Assembly: GCA_002269645.1 (NCBI GenBank)
Contig: NIVC01000254.1
Span: 496,001 to 560,000 of the forward strand
Direction: 5' to 3'
From: Macrostomum lignano
Taxonomy: Eukaryota
DNA: 64,000 nucleotides
Position numbers and translations under genes: made by a program. Position 1 is the first letter of the stretch. Each line of letters begins with the position of its first letter. Shown here one piece after another: positions 45,601 to 59,254 of this stretch. The notes below the pieces were generated by a model. The model was not told the DNA's origin. It did not search any database and was given only the letters and a program-made list of their open reading frames with translations.

Positions 45601-48600
45601 AATATGCGGTAACTGTCGTCCGTTGGCTGATCTTTAACTTTTAACCTACTGAAATATAAATAACAGATTTTTTTTAACCATTTTTTGGTTTGGTTTTTAA
45701 AACTTAGGCGTAGAAATCAGCTCTCTTTTTACGTGGTAAATTAAAAATCTTCTCAAACTGACCTGCTCAGATTTCGGCTTGAGCAACATATTCGACCAGA
45801 ATCGTCAACTGAGAACTCATTGCGGCTCCCCGGAGTACGCCGCGCCTGAGCTGTTCTCAGAGGACGCCATGTACGGACCGGAGGTGGACCTGTGGAGTCT
45901 GTAGGTGCAACGATTACTTTTTTGTTATGTATAAATATAACTTGACAGCTGGTGAATCAGCTCTCGTTCTCTGCTTCTCGTCTCCTTGAACTCTTTGCTG
46001 GCTCTTCTAACTACTCAATCTCTTTTCTCCCTCCCCAACTTTCCTTCACTACCTCCTCTACTCGAATTCTCCCTCTCTACCTCCTCTACTCGAATTCTCC
46101 CTCTCTACCTCCTCTACTCCATTTCTCCCTGTCTACCTCCTCTACTCCATTTCTCCCTGTCTACCTCCTCTACTCCATTTCTCCCTGTCTACCTCCTCTA
46201 CTCCATTTCTCCCTGTCTACCTCCTCTACTCCATTTCTCCCTGTCTACCTCCTCTACTCCAATTCTTACTCTCTACCTCCTCTACTCCAATTCTCCCTCA
46301 CTAACTCTCCCTGCCCACCTCTCCCTCTCTATCTCTCCATCTCCCTCTCCACCTCTCCATATCTACCTCCTCTATTCCAACTCTCTTGTCTCTCTCCAAC
46401 TCTGCCTCTCTAACTCTTCGTCTTCAACTTTCGCTAGATAAGACAGTTACTTTGGCCAGAAACAACCTCTTGACATGCTTCCTCAATCCCCTTTTTCAGA
46501 GGCATCATCTTGTTCACCTCAACAGTCGGCCACCTGCCATTCAACTCGCCCTATCACGATCACAATCGGAACAAGAGGCTGATTGGCCTCATCCGACAGG
46601 GACTGCAGACCAGGCACTACCAGGACATGGCGCACCTAACTGCTGGTGCGACCTACTTCAGTATCTTCTGTTGTTGGGATCTTGGGTGGGTCGGAAAAAA
46701 TTCCAGTGAGATTGGGTCAGATAAATAGGTCGTAGCCTTAATGGTTTTTAATCGGTCAAGATGCGTCAAGGTAGGTCAAAATAAATATAAAGATGTCATA
46801 ATGGCTCCAAATGGGCGTGAGTCAAGATTGAATGGGTCATGATGAGTCAGGATTGTCAATGAGTCGAGATGGGTCACAATGAGTCAATATGGTCACAATG
46901 GGTCAATATGGTCACAATTAGTCTAGAAGAGTCACTATTAGTCAATATGGATCAAAATTTGAGTCAAGCTGGCTCACAATGAGCCAATATGGGTCACAAT
47001 GAGTCAAGCTGGGTCACAGGAATATTGCCAAAACAATTCTTTGCAGACCTTCAAAGCCTGATTCGCCAGCTGGTGGAGCCAAGTCCTAACTTACGACTGC
47101 CTCTGTGCGAGATCCCCAAGCAGAGCTGGGTAACCAAGGGCAACCGGATACCCTTCGCATTCTACTTGGGGCAACCCAAAGACCCGGCGCTCAGAACGGA
47201 AGTGAGTAGTAGTCTTTGTTTCATTTGCATCTCATGTTTTGAAGGAAATATGATTTCATTTTCACATTTTCAAGTGCGTAAGAAGCCGCAATCTATTTGT
47301 GATGAAAGTCGCGGAGATGAGGCAACTAACAAAATTAACGAAACAGCTTGCGTTTTAAGCGCTTATATTTGGATAGCTTAGGCATTCGTTTTGTTTAACC
47401 GCAAGCATGTCACAACTACCATCAATGTAAATTTTAATCCTTACAATTCGATCGAATCACCTTGTAAATAAAAATTGCAGTTGCAGTGCACAAATGGAAA
47501 CAGTGACAGCAGCTTTGCGAGCGACAGCAGCAGCGACAGCACCCCTCAGAATGATCTGTCTTTGAGCTCATCAGTGCGCTGTCAGCCTGGTAGCTGCTGC
47601 CAGGATGACTCTGTGCGTGTCACGGTTCTGACCGGTTTGGGTAGTCAGTCAGTCAGTCAGTCAGTCAGTCAGTCAGTCAGTCAGTCAGTCAGTCAGTCAG
47701 TCAGTCAGTCAGTCAGTCAGTCAGTCAGTCAGTCAGTCAGTCAGTCAGTCGGTCAGTCGGTCAGTCAGTCAGTCAGTCAGTCAGTCAGTCAGTCAGTCAG
47801 TCAGTCAGTCACCCACTCCCTCAAGTCAGTCAGTCAGTCAGTCAGTCAGTCAGTCAGTCAGTCAGTCAGTCACCCACTCACTCAAGTCAGTCAGTCAGTC
47901 ACCCACTCCCTCAAGTCAGTCAGTCAGTCAGTCAGTCAGTCAGTCAGTCAGTCAGTCAGTCAGTCAGTCAGTCACCCACTCACTCAAGTCAGTCAGTCAG
48001 TCAGTCAGTCAGTCAGTCAGTCAGTCAGTCAATCAGTCAGTCAGTCAGTCAGTCAGTCAGTCAGTCAGTCAGTCAGTCAGTCAGTCACCCACTCACTCAA
48101 GTCAGTCAGTCAGTCAGTCAGTCAGTCAGTCAGTCAGTCAGTCAGTCAGTCAGTCAGTCAGTCAGTCAGTCAGTCAGTCAGTCAGTCAGTCAGTCAGTCA
48201 GTCACCCACTCACTCAAGTCAGTCAGTCAGTCAGTCAGTCAGTCAGTCAGTCAGTCAGTCAGTCAGTCAGTCAGTCAGTCAGTCAGTCAGTCAGTCAGTC
48301 GGTCAGTCAGTATATAAAAAACAAAAGCACACCACAGGACAGCGTCAAAGAAGCAGAAGTCCGTTTGCCTTCTGACTCTCAGCAGCATCCGCCAAGCGCC
48401 CCATCAGCCAGCAGGCGCAGCCGGTCGCCCTAAACTTTCCAAAACGCTGTCCACTTCTCCACACTCCCCCAAAAGATGATTGGAAAGATTATCGCCAGCT
48501 GCCTCTAACCCCATCTCTCTCTTAGAAGCAGAAATCCTGACCAAGACTGTGAGAACCATGGGCGGGCGGGCTGGAAGCACTTCAGCCTAAACCTTCTCGA

Positions 48601-51600
48601 CTCAACCCTTCGACTCTCTGCCTCCCGCCTCCTCTCTCTGGCGCCTCCTCCCATGGGCAATTCCAAGTCGTTAATTCCCAGGCAAGGCTAAATATCCATT
48701 GCTAGGAGGAATACCAGCTCCTATACAATATGGTGCCTTGCTGCACTCTCACATTTAGACTCGACTGAAGTCCCTCAAGCAGTCTATCGATTTTTTGTTG
48801 GAAATAAAACCCAAAAAATCGTTTCCATATCGAGATTTAATCAACATCTGCAGTTGCTATGGTTGAATATAGCAATCCATGTCGCATGGGGGGCAGTGCT
48901 CAGGGCTCAGTAAGCTGGATAAAATGATGCAGTACAGATGCTGACTGCAAATATGTTGGGGCAGCGCTTAATAAGTGTTGAATTTCGAATAATTATCAAC
49001 GAAATTCTAAACTGCCCCGTGCCGCAGCTCTTGTAGGTCTGCCTGTTCAAGTATATTAGAGGCTACTAGGCTACTAATAGACTACAGACACTATCCCATA
49101 CACTACCACAAACACTATCGCAGACAACTACTACAAACACCACGACAGACACTAACAAATAAACTAAAAACTACCATAGAAACTACCACATAAACTAAAA
49201 ACTACCACAGACACTAACACATAAACTAAAAACTACCACAGACACTAACACATAAACTAAAAACTACCACAGACACTACCACATAAACTAAAAACTACCA
49301 CAGACACTACCACATAAAATAAAAACTACCACAGACACTAACACATAAACTAAAAACTACCACAGACACTACCACATAAACTAAAAACTACCACAGACAC
49401 TACCACATAAAATAAAAACTACCACAAATACTACCACATAATCTAAAAACTACCACAGACACTACCACAGGCACTACCGCAGACACTACCACAGACACCA
49501 CCACAGGCACTACCACAGACACTACCACAGGCTCTACCACAGACACAAAAAACTACCACAGACTCTAGCTACTAAAAAAATTAGAAGACAAAAACGTTAA
49601 AGACGAAAAGAATTGAGTAGAACTGAGCCATGAGCGCAAAGGCAACTGTTCCACTTAGAACGGGTTCGACTGGCCCCTCCAGCCGTCCCCCTTAGCGAGT
49701 ACAGTAGAATTCGGGCTACACTGGCCTAATCCTGATGCAGATCAGATTTCGGAATAGGGCTAGCTGAGCAGAGAGGCTGGGACGGCCGCCTCGCGCATTC
49801 CTCATCGCAGATGGTACAGGCGGTGGGTCAACTCCAGCATATAACACTGCTGTATTCGGATGAAAAATTCAGATTATGATGGCATTGATTATAGAGGCTG
49901 CTGAGCTGATCTGTACTGCGTCCGGAATTCGTTGTGTCCACATCTAGAGACCGGGGTGTCCACATCTAGAAACCTGGGTGTCCACATCTAGAAACCTGGG
50001 TGTCCACATCTAGAAACCTGGGTGTCCACATCTAGAGACCGGGGTGTCCACATCTAGAAACCTGGGTGTCCACATCTAGAAACCTGGGTGTCCACATCTA
50101 GAGACCGGGGTGTCCACATCTAGAAACCTGGGTGTCCACATCTAGAAACCTGGGTGTCCACATCTAGAAACCTGGGTGTCCACATCTAGAGACCGGGGTG
50201 TCCACATCTAGAGACCGGGGTGTCCACATCTAGAAACCTGGGTGTCCACATCTAGAAACCTGGGTGTCCACATCTAGAAACCTGGGTGTCCACATCTAGA
50301 AAACTGAGGTGTCCACATCTAGAAACCTGAGGTGTCCACATCTAGAGACCGGGGTTTCCACATCTAGAAACCTGGGTGTCCACATCTAGAAACCTGGGTG
50401 TCCACATCTAGAAACCTGGGTGTCCACATCTAGAAAACTGAGGTGTCCACATCTAGAAAACTGAGGTGTCCACATCTAGAAACCTGAGGTGTCCACATCT
50501 AGAAACCTGAGGTGTCCACATCTAGAAACCTGGCTGTCCACATCTAGAAACCAGGGTGTCCACATCTAGAAACCGGGGTGTTCACATCTAGAAACCTGTG
50601 TCCACATCTAGAAACCTGGGTGTCCACATCTAGAGACCGGGGTGTCCACATCTAGAAACCAGGGTGTCCACATCTAAAAACCTGGGTGTCCACATCTAGA
50701 AACCTGGGTGTCCACATCTAGAAACCTAGGTATCCACATCTAGAAACCTGAGATGTCCACATCTAGAAACTGGGGTGTCCACATCTAGAATCCTGAGGTG
50801 TCCCCATCTATAAATTTAAACCATTAAACCATTCACTAATCACTTGCATGTTCTTTATTATGGAACTATAAATAGAAAATTTATTTTATGCTTAAGTTTC
50901 GATATTAATCATTGATAGCATCATTATAATTAACATCATTTACTTGTCGTGCGCAAACTTCGAGCTCGAAAAAAACCTATAAAAAATCGATATTCGATAT
51001 TATTATTTATGAGAGAACATAGTCGAATATGCCAACGTCCGTCGCGTCTTCACCGCGCAGTGGGCGGTTTGCGGACACCCGGGTCACGCTCGAAGCACCG
51101 ACCGAGCGACTTGCAGGCCGACTCCGCCTTCGGAGGCAGCTCAGATCTGCAGTTGGAGAGCCAGGTTAGCGAGTTATGAGTTCACTTTGATTGGGTCCTG
51201 CTTAGATACGGAGCTTTACTCGTAAGTAATGGGGGTCTATTGAGAAAAGGGATTCCCATGTGTTTCTGAAAATGGGGGATTCCTGTGTGTTTTCTAAAGG
51301 GGGATTCCCGTGTGTTTTTTTCTAAATGGGGGATGCCCGTGTGTTTTTCTAAATAGGGGATTCTTATGTGTTTTTCTAAATGGGGGATTCCTGTGTGTTT
51401 TTCTAAATGGGGGATTCTCATGTGTTTTTCTAAATGGGGGATTCCTGTGTGTTTTTCTAAATGGGGGATTCTTATGTGTTTTTCTAAATGGGGGATTCCT
51501 GTGTGTTTTTCTAAATGGGGGATTCTCATGTGTTTTTTAAACGGGGGATTCCCGTGTGTTTATCTAAATGGAGGATTCCCGTGTGTTTATCTAAATGGGG

Positions 51601-54600
51601 GATTCCCGTGTGTTTTTCTAAATGGGGGATTCCTGTGTGTTTTTCTAAATAGGGGATTCTTATGTGTTTTTCTAAATGGGGGATTCCTGTGTGTTTTTCT
51701 AAATGGGGGATTCTCATGTGTTTTTTAAACGGGGGATTCCCGTGTGTTTATCTAAATGGAGGATTCCCGTGTGTTTATCTAAATGGGGGATTCCCATGTG
51801 TTTATCTAAATGGGGGATTTCAGTGTGCTTATCTAAATGGAGGATTCCCGTGTGTTTATCTAAATGGAGGATTCCCGTGTGTTTATCTAAATGGGGGATT
51901 CCCGTGTGTTTATCCAAGTGGAGGATTCCCGTGTGTTTATCTAAATGGGGGATTTCAGTGTGTTTATCTAAATGGAGGATTCCCGTGTGTTTTTCTAAAT
52001 GGGGGATTCCCGTGTGTATTTTCTAAATGGGGAATTCCCGTGTGTATTTTCTAAATGGGGAATTCCCGTGTGTTTTTCTAAATGGGGGATTCCTGTCTGT
52101 TTTTCTAAATGGGGGATTCCTGTGTCCTTATAAAAATAGGGGAATTCCTGTATGTTTATAAAAATGAGGGATTTTGCATGTTTAAGAAAAGGGAAAATTC
52201 CCATGCGTTTAAGAGAATAAGGCTCTCTAAAGCTTCTCAAAATGAAAGGAATTGAAAGTGTGTCCAATGTTCTAAGTGAATTATCAAGTAATATATTCGG
52301 GTACTACAGTATACTCAAATAATTTTATGACACAAATCGACTCCTATAGTAAACATAGGCCGGAGACTTGAGCGATAAAATTTAGTACGGAGTGTATTTT
52401 ATGATGCCAAAGAAAGTATCCCTTACTTATAAAGTGCGCTAACTTCTGTAACCGAGTACAGTTCAAGGTCATGTTGTAGAGTAAAGTACAGAACAAAATA
52501 TACTAAGTATTGATAAAAGTATTTAAAATTCAGGTTTAATTTTTTTAATATTTTCAGCTATTTGTACTTTTGGAAAATTCTTACCCTCCACCTCCACCCT
52601 CCACCCTCCACCCTCCACCCTCCACCCTCCATCCTCCAGTCTGTTCTATTCTATTTAAACTGTCGTTTAAAAATAACTTTTTTAGTTTCGAGCCTGGCAA
52701 AAGCCTGATTTTGCTTTTACTAGATGTAAAATGCTGCACAGAAGAATCTAACACAATAACAATTAGTGCTTTTTCTAAAAGTTAATTAATCTAAAATTGA
52801 TTTTAAATAAACTAGAACGCCAACACTCGAATCAGGTTGCCGAAGAACTTTCCCACATGGTGAAGATGTCGAAAGCTGATTTGGAACGCGCGGTGAGCGA
52901 GTCCAAAACTAGCGAGCTCTCAGCCATGTTTTGCATGCTGATGGAGAAGAAGAAGCGCGATACTGGTGGGTCTGGGATCACAACGAAGTCTGGGAGTTTG
53001 GGGTCATTGGAGAATCTGGGAGTTTGGGATCATTTCAGAGTCTGGGAGTTTTGGATCATTTCAGAAATTGGGAGTTTGGGATCATTTCAGAATCTGGGAG
53101 TTTGGGATCATTTCAGAATCTAAGAGTTTGGGATCATTGGAGAATCAGGGAGTTTGGGATCATTTGAGAAACTGAAAGTTTGAGATGATTGGAGAATGTG
53201 GGAGTTTGGGATCATTTCAGAATCTGGGAGTTTGGGATCATTTCAAAATCTAAGAGTTTAGGATCATTGGAGAATCAGGGAGTTTGGGATCATTTGAGAA
53301 ACTGAAAGTTTGAGATGATTGGAGAATGTGGAAGTTTGGGATCATTTCAGAATCTGGGAGTTTGGGATCATTTCAAAATCTAAGAGTTTAGGATCATTGG
53401 AGAATCAGGGAGTTTGGGATCATTTGAGAAACTGAAAGTTTGGGATGATTGGAGAATGTGGGAGTTTGGGATCATTTCAGAATCTGGGAGTTTGGGATCA
53501 TTTCAAAATCTAAGAGTTTAGGATCATTGGAGAATCAGGGAGTTTGGGATCATTTGAGAAACTGAAAGTTTGGGATGATTGGAGAATGTGGGAGTTTGGG
53601 ATCATTTCAGAATCTGGGAGTTTGGGATCATTGAAGAATCTGGGAGTTTGGGATTATTTCAGAATCTGGGAGTATGGGATCATTTCAGAATCTGGGAGTT
53701 TAGGATCATTTCAGAATCTGGGAGTTTGGGATCATTTCAGAATCTGGGAGTTTGGGATCATTGAAGAATCTGTGAGTTTGGGATTATTTCAGAGTCTGGA
53801 AGTTTGGGATCATTTCAGTATCTGGGAGTTTGGGATCATTGAAGAATCTGGGAGTTTGGGATTATTTCAGAATGTGGGAGTTTGGGATCATTTCAGAGTC
53901 TGGGAGCTTGGGATCATTTCAGAATCTGGGAGTTTGGGATCATTGAAGAATCTGGGAGTTTGGGATCAGTTCAGAATCTGGGAGTTTGGGATCAGTTCAG
54001 AGTCTGAGAGTTTGGGATCATTGGAGAATCTGTGAGTTTGGGATTATTTCAGAGTCTGGAAGTTTGGGATCATTTCAGTATCTGGGAGTTTGGGATCATT
54101 GAAGAATCTGGGAGTTTGGGATTATTTCAGAATGTGGGAGTTTGGGATCATTTCAGAGTCTGGGAGCTTGGGATCATTTCAGAATCTGGGAGTTTGGGAT
54201 CATTGAAGAATCTGGGAGTTTGGGATCAGTTCAGAATCTGGGAGTTTGGGATCAGTTCAGAGTCTGAGAGTTTGGGATCATTGGAGAATCTGGGAGTTTG
54301 GGATCATTGAAGAATCTGGGAGTTTGGGATTATTTCAGAATCTGGGAGTTTGGGATGATTGAAGAATGTGGGAGTTTGGGATCATTTCAGAATCTGGGAG
54401 TTTGGGATCATTGGAGAATCTGGGAGTTTGGGATCATTTCAGAATCTGGGAGTTTGGGATCATTTCAGAGTCTGGGAGCTTGGGATCAGTTCAGAATCTG
54501 GGAGTTTGGGATCAGTTCAGAGTCTGAGAGTTTGGGATCATTGGAGAATCTGGGAGTTTGGGATTATTTCAGAGTTTGGGAGTTTGGGATCATTTCAGAG

Positions 54601-57593
54601 TCTGGGAGCTTGGGATCATTGAAGAATCTGGGAGTTTGGAATCAGTTCAGAGTCTGAGAGTTTGGGATCATTGGAGAATCTGGGAGTTTGGGATCATTTC
54701 AGAGTCTGTGAGTTTGGGATCATTTCAGAGTCTGGGAGCTTGGGATCATTGAAGAATCTGGGAGTTTGGAATCACTTCTTGAGCTTTAAGATCTCAGACA
54801 AACATTTTGTCTCAAACTGCAGGTTTCTACTCACGAGACCACACGGTCAGGCGCCCAGCCGCCGACCCGAGCAGGAGCGCGCCTTGCGCTCCCAAGCGCG
54901 CCAAAAATGGCGCCTACTAAGCAGTAGCGTTCGAGCCAGCGCGCGAACATTCAAAGAGCGCGTGAGAGACAAAGCAAAAGAGAGCACCGGTGACAGCCGA
55001 GCTGCTGGACTTCGAGAATGGCAGGTAAAAAAACAGATTTAATTAAGCTCACAAAGGAGAATTCAGCTACTCAGACTCTCAAAGCGACAGGTGACCCGTA
55101 GCAAGGCACAGGCGATCACACAGGGTGTACAGCTAACATTTGATATGTTAGACCTATCCATTTTTTTACAATTTTCAAACAATAAAAATTGAAATTTCTC
55201 GAAACCCGTGGAAACCGGCGACAGCTACGAATGGACTTTTCTGAGGTTCCGGATCGAGAGGAGGCAGCAGCATCATCCGCATCTGCTGCTGCTGGAGCTG
55301 CTGGAGCCTCATCAGCGGCCGCAGCTTCTGACGCGCTCAATGATGAAGGCTGCAGCGGCTTGGCCCTCCAGCTGCCTCTGGGAGCAACCGCTGCCAGCGT
55401 GCACGGGTGCAGACCGCCGGATGAGGGTGAGGCTTCTTTCCGGGTTGGCAACAATGGCCGGGAGAGAGTCTTTAGAATCCCAGGAGAGAACATCTAGAAG
55501 ACCTAGAAGAGAACATCTAGAAGACCTAGAAGAGAGCATCTAGAAGACCTAGAAGAGAACATCTAGAAGACCTAGAAGAGAGCATCTAGAAGACCTAGAA
55601 GAGAGCATCTAGAAGACCTAGAAGAGAGCATCTAGAAGACCTAGAAGAGAGCATCTAGAAGAAGTAGAAGAGAGCATCTAGAAGACCTAGAAGAGAGCAT
55701 CTAGAAGACCTAGAAGAGAGCATCTAGAAGACCTAGAAGAGAACATCTAAATGACCTAGAAGAGAGCATCTAGATGAGTTAATAGAACCTCTGGGTGACC
55801 TGAGAGGGAGACTATTCAAATGACCCAGAAGAGAAGCTCAGGAAGGCTCGACAGGGACTTGCCAAGAAGCTAATTAAGGGCCAATGAAACTTCCCAAAAG
55901 TTTATTTAGAGTTGACTACTAAACCCACTAGCTGACACTTTGGTTCCATCTCTTCCACAGTGATAAAGTACACGTCTTCGAGACGACTTTTGTATAATAT
56001 ACGAGTGTATGTAGTCCAAGATAATAACTAGATATAGATACTAGTTGATTTTATCTCCGAAGACAGTCGGTGTACTTGGCCCGTCCATCTTCGCATTTCC
56101 CTGTCTCTTGCCTCTCTGACTATCCGCAAGTCCACAAGTCTTACTTTGAGTCAATTCGGAATTTCAGCCGCCTCAGACTCCATCCAGTTGGTTGCGTCTC
56201 CAGTTCGCAGACCGACCAGCCTGAGTGTGCAACCGTTTGCTCCCTCGACTTCATCAACTGCTGCAGCTCAGCATTCGAGCGTAAGATGGAGCACAGTTCA
56301 TCTTTTGAACACAGATTTGTTATTTTATTTGGTGAAAGCTCCTTATTTGCCTACTGTATAGTATGACGAAAAGTACCAAAAGAGTACAGAGCCACAACAA
56401 TGGGTCGTAGAGAGCCTCCAAAATTGGGACAGCCACCAAATTCAGATGAGCTAACAGCTGTCTTTAAAGAACAAGAATAGGATCCCCAGCGCAAAGCACA
56501 GTAGCAGAGGCTGAGTTGCACGAGTTCGTAGAGAGCCCCCTTATGTAGAGGAGTAAAGGTGCGGTAGAGAGCTCATCAAACATGCATGTAGGATTAGAGA
56601 CTTTGGAGGGGGCTATTGGCTAGAATGGAGCCACGGAGGACAGGGTAGAGATGACAGCATCATATTGTGGTCTACGGAGCAGCTACATGGAAGAGCCCTC
56701 GGTGATCAAGTGCGTTTGTAAGCCTAAACATTGTAGAAATATTTGTGTAGAGAGCCTTAAAACTATAAGTATATGGTAGGGAGCCTAAAAACTGTATAAA
56801 CACAAGGTAGAGAGCCTAAAAACAAAAAAATTATATAGTACAGAGCTTAAATACTGTAGAACTATAGGATGAAAGTCTAAACCCATAGAGTTATAGGGCC
56901 GGCACGCTCGTAGAGAGCCTTAAAAACTCAAAACCTTGCTGAATTAAAGCGCAACTTCTTCAAAAGCAGACCCAGTTAACCAATCGTCGCAAGTCCCGCT
57001 CGCCCGACTCCGGGAAGAGGCGGCAACAGCAGCAAAGCAAGAAGAGCCACGTCAATCCTGTGGGAGTCTACGTCCCCCCGAAGAAGAAGGAGTTATTCCC
57101 GCAGCGTAGGAATCCGTTCGCAATGACAGACGACTCGCCGACAACTGCTGGCGACAACAGCGGCTTCAGAGATCGTCGCGAACGTTCGTCTAGCCGGCGA
57201 AGTCAGCAGCGTCATCATTCCCACCATCATCATCAGCAGCATCGAAAGTCGACAGCGGCTCAGCAGCAAAAGCCAGCGGAAGCGCCGCAGACTTCCAGTA
57301 AAGTGGAGCCTCAGGACGATCGAGCAGCCGTCGGCCGTCGGCTGCTCAAGGAGGCCCTGCTGGAGGAGGCCGCCGACGCGTTGACTGCTCGACTTGGTCG
57401 GCCAGTCGATTTCCGACGGGCGCCGCGCGCCGACGCCGAGGATTTCACGACGCCCGGCTCGCCGACGCCGACAGTTGCCGCGGCGACTTCGTTGATCACC
57501 GTCGAGGCGGTGGTCGTTGGCGACGCCACGGTCATTGGGAACGGGCCGACTCTGGCTGAGTATGGGCGCGACTCAGCCGCGGCCCGGATGTGA
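42627..57593 (+). CDS. SNF1/AMPK-related (CAMK group) Ser/Thr kinase, HUNK/MARK-like. Kinase exons 42627-42737, 44234-44362, 45283-45449, 45550-45608, 45771-45900, 46500-46645, 47047-47201; UBA-like exon from 52836; low-complexity tail exons about 54823-55024, 55246-55426, 56131-56280 and 56975-57593 are tentative
   Basis: [52 protein letters not shown] and [11 protein letters not shown], with consistent splice phases through the kinase domain. Phases of the tail exons could not be fully reconciled. Confidence 0.88.
42820..43672. repeat. About 34-bp minisatellite, kinase intron 1
   Basis: GGTTGAGTAGCTTTGGTCAACTGAAGAACCCGAG tandem copies. Confidence 0.95.
44709..45075. mobile_element. hAT-like MITE with (CTCCT)n interior
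   Basis: Termini ...GTCGTCAAACT and AGTTTGCCGACAGCTG, degenerate TSD TCATAGAT/CCATAAAT. Confidence 0.7.
45130..45245 (-). mobile_element. Partial SINE copy (3' part of the 34241 family)
   Basis: Reverse complement of CAGTCCTTGGACTGAACAGCCGTACGCAGCC...GATGCGCCG and AAAATGGGTGCCAGCATT. Confidence 0.8.
46040..46300. repeat. 28-bp CT-rich minisatellite
   Basis: CTACCTCCTCTACTCCATTTCTCCCTGT tandem copies. Confidence 0.9.
47644..48310. repeat. (CAGT)n microsatellite
   Basis: Direct reading. Confidence 0.97.
49090..49565. repeat. AC-rich ACTACCAC-based minisatellite
   Basis: Direct reading. Confidence 0.85.
49940..50810. repeat. 22-bp minisatellite GTGTCCACATCTAGAAACCTGG
   Basis: Direct reading. 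Confidence 0.95.
51250..52140. repeat. 27-bp minisatellite CTAAATGGGGGATTCCCGTGTGTTTTT
   Basis: Direct reading. Confidence 0.95.
52970..54780. repeat. 26-bp minisatellite TCTGGGAGTTTGGGATCATTTCAGAA filling a kinase intron
   Basis: Direct reading; begins at the putative donor. Confidence 0.95.
55490..55780. repeat. 23-bp minisatellite CATCTAGAAGACCTAGAAGAGAG
   Basis: Direct reading. Confidence 0.93.
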
Positions 57594-57679
57594 GGCTGAG
57601 GGAGCTGGATGGGATGAACTTGGGTGCGATCGGATCATATAAGATTAGGAATAAATGCGAGTGGGATGAGATGGGATGG

Positions 57680-58340
57680 GGTCGAATTGTAAAAGATGAA
57701 AATTTGAAGGGGTGGGATGAAGATTGGATGAGAATGGGATGGGATGAGGATGGGATGGGATGGGATGGGATGGGATGGGATGAGAATGGGATGACGATGA
57801 GATCTGATGGGGATAGGATGGGATGGGGATGAGGATGGGGATAAGGATGGGATGAGGTTGAGATGAGGATGGGATGGGATAAGGATTAGGATGGGATGGG
57901 GATGGATGCAGATGGCGATGGATGCAGATGGGGATGGATGCAGATGGGGATGGATGCAGATGGGGATGGGGATGAGATGGGGATGGGATGACGATGCGGA
58001 TGCGGATGGGGATTGGGATGGGATGGGATGTGATGGGATGGGATGAGAATGGGAAGAGGATGGGATGAGAATGGGAAGAGGATGGGATGAGGATAGGGTG
58101 GGAGGGGATGAGAATGGGAAGAGGATGGGATGAGGATAGGGTTGGAGGGGATGAGAATGGGAGGGTATAGGATGAAGATGGGAGAGGATGGGATGGGGAT
58201 GAGGATGAGGATGTGATGGGATGGGATAGGATACAGGGATGAGGATGTGATGGGATGGGATAGGATACAGGGATGAGAATGGGAGGGGATGAGGATGGGA
58301 TGGAATGGGATGAGGATGAGGATGGGATGGAGATGGCACC
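57680..58340. repeat. GGGAT/GGATGA-rich degenerate simple repeat
   Basis: Direct reading. Confidence 0.9.
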
Positions 58341-59254
58341 TAAACGGCATGGAATTTTGATCGATTGTGTTGCATCATGATAGATAGCTACACAGAGTCG
58401 GTCTTGTCAGCCTGTACAGTCCCCGTTCCCGCCGCCGCCCCCTCAGGCCGCAGACGCTGCTCGCCAGTCACCCAAACGGCTCCCTGCTGGCAAATTCAGC
58501 CGCCGCTGCCCAGCCTGAATCGGTCACGGCAAATAAGGTCCGAGAAAACAAATTATTCTAACAATATTCTTTAATTTCTACTGCTCACTGATAATAGTAG
58601 TATTAATAGAGCAGGATTACTGAAAATGGTGGCAATCTTTTTATGACCTATTTTTTTAGAACGCAACGAATTCGTTCGCGAACTCTTCGGGAATTTCTAA
58701 GAAACCGCCTAATCCGGCTTGAGAATTGCCGAACAATGCCATGTCTGCAAAAATCAATAACTACTCGTCGACCTTTGAGCGGCATCAAAGCTTCAAGACT
58801 TTTGTGCAGCTTCTTCAGAGCTTATCTCTATGCTCAATTCTTAAATCTAATCGATAATTCCCCTACAGGTGGCTCATCATTTCTTGATTAAAAGATATCA
58901 GTAACTCACACCAGCTTATTGTGCTTATCTCTTTAACTTGTTTAATGCATTGGGGGAGGCTGGCTGCTTCCTCATCATAATTCACTGCGCTAAAAGTACT
59001 TCGGCAATTGCGTGTAAGAGTTCAAGCATCATACAAAAATTAAATAATAGTTTTTGTCTTGCTGAGAAATTGTGCTGGTCGCAAGCTGAGTCCAGCTCAA
59101 TTCATTTCGTGTTTTTTTACAGACAGAGAAAATAACAATTCTATATGAGCCATTGTTTCACGGAACTGAAATTCAGTACTTGCTTTTGGCTTTGTATTTT
59201 TGTGAAAATATGAAAAAATATTTTGCTTCTGAAGGGAAGAGAAGGACTGAAGGA

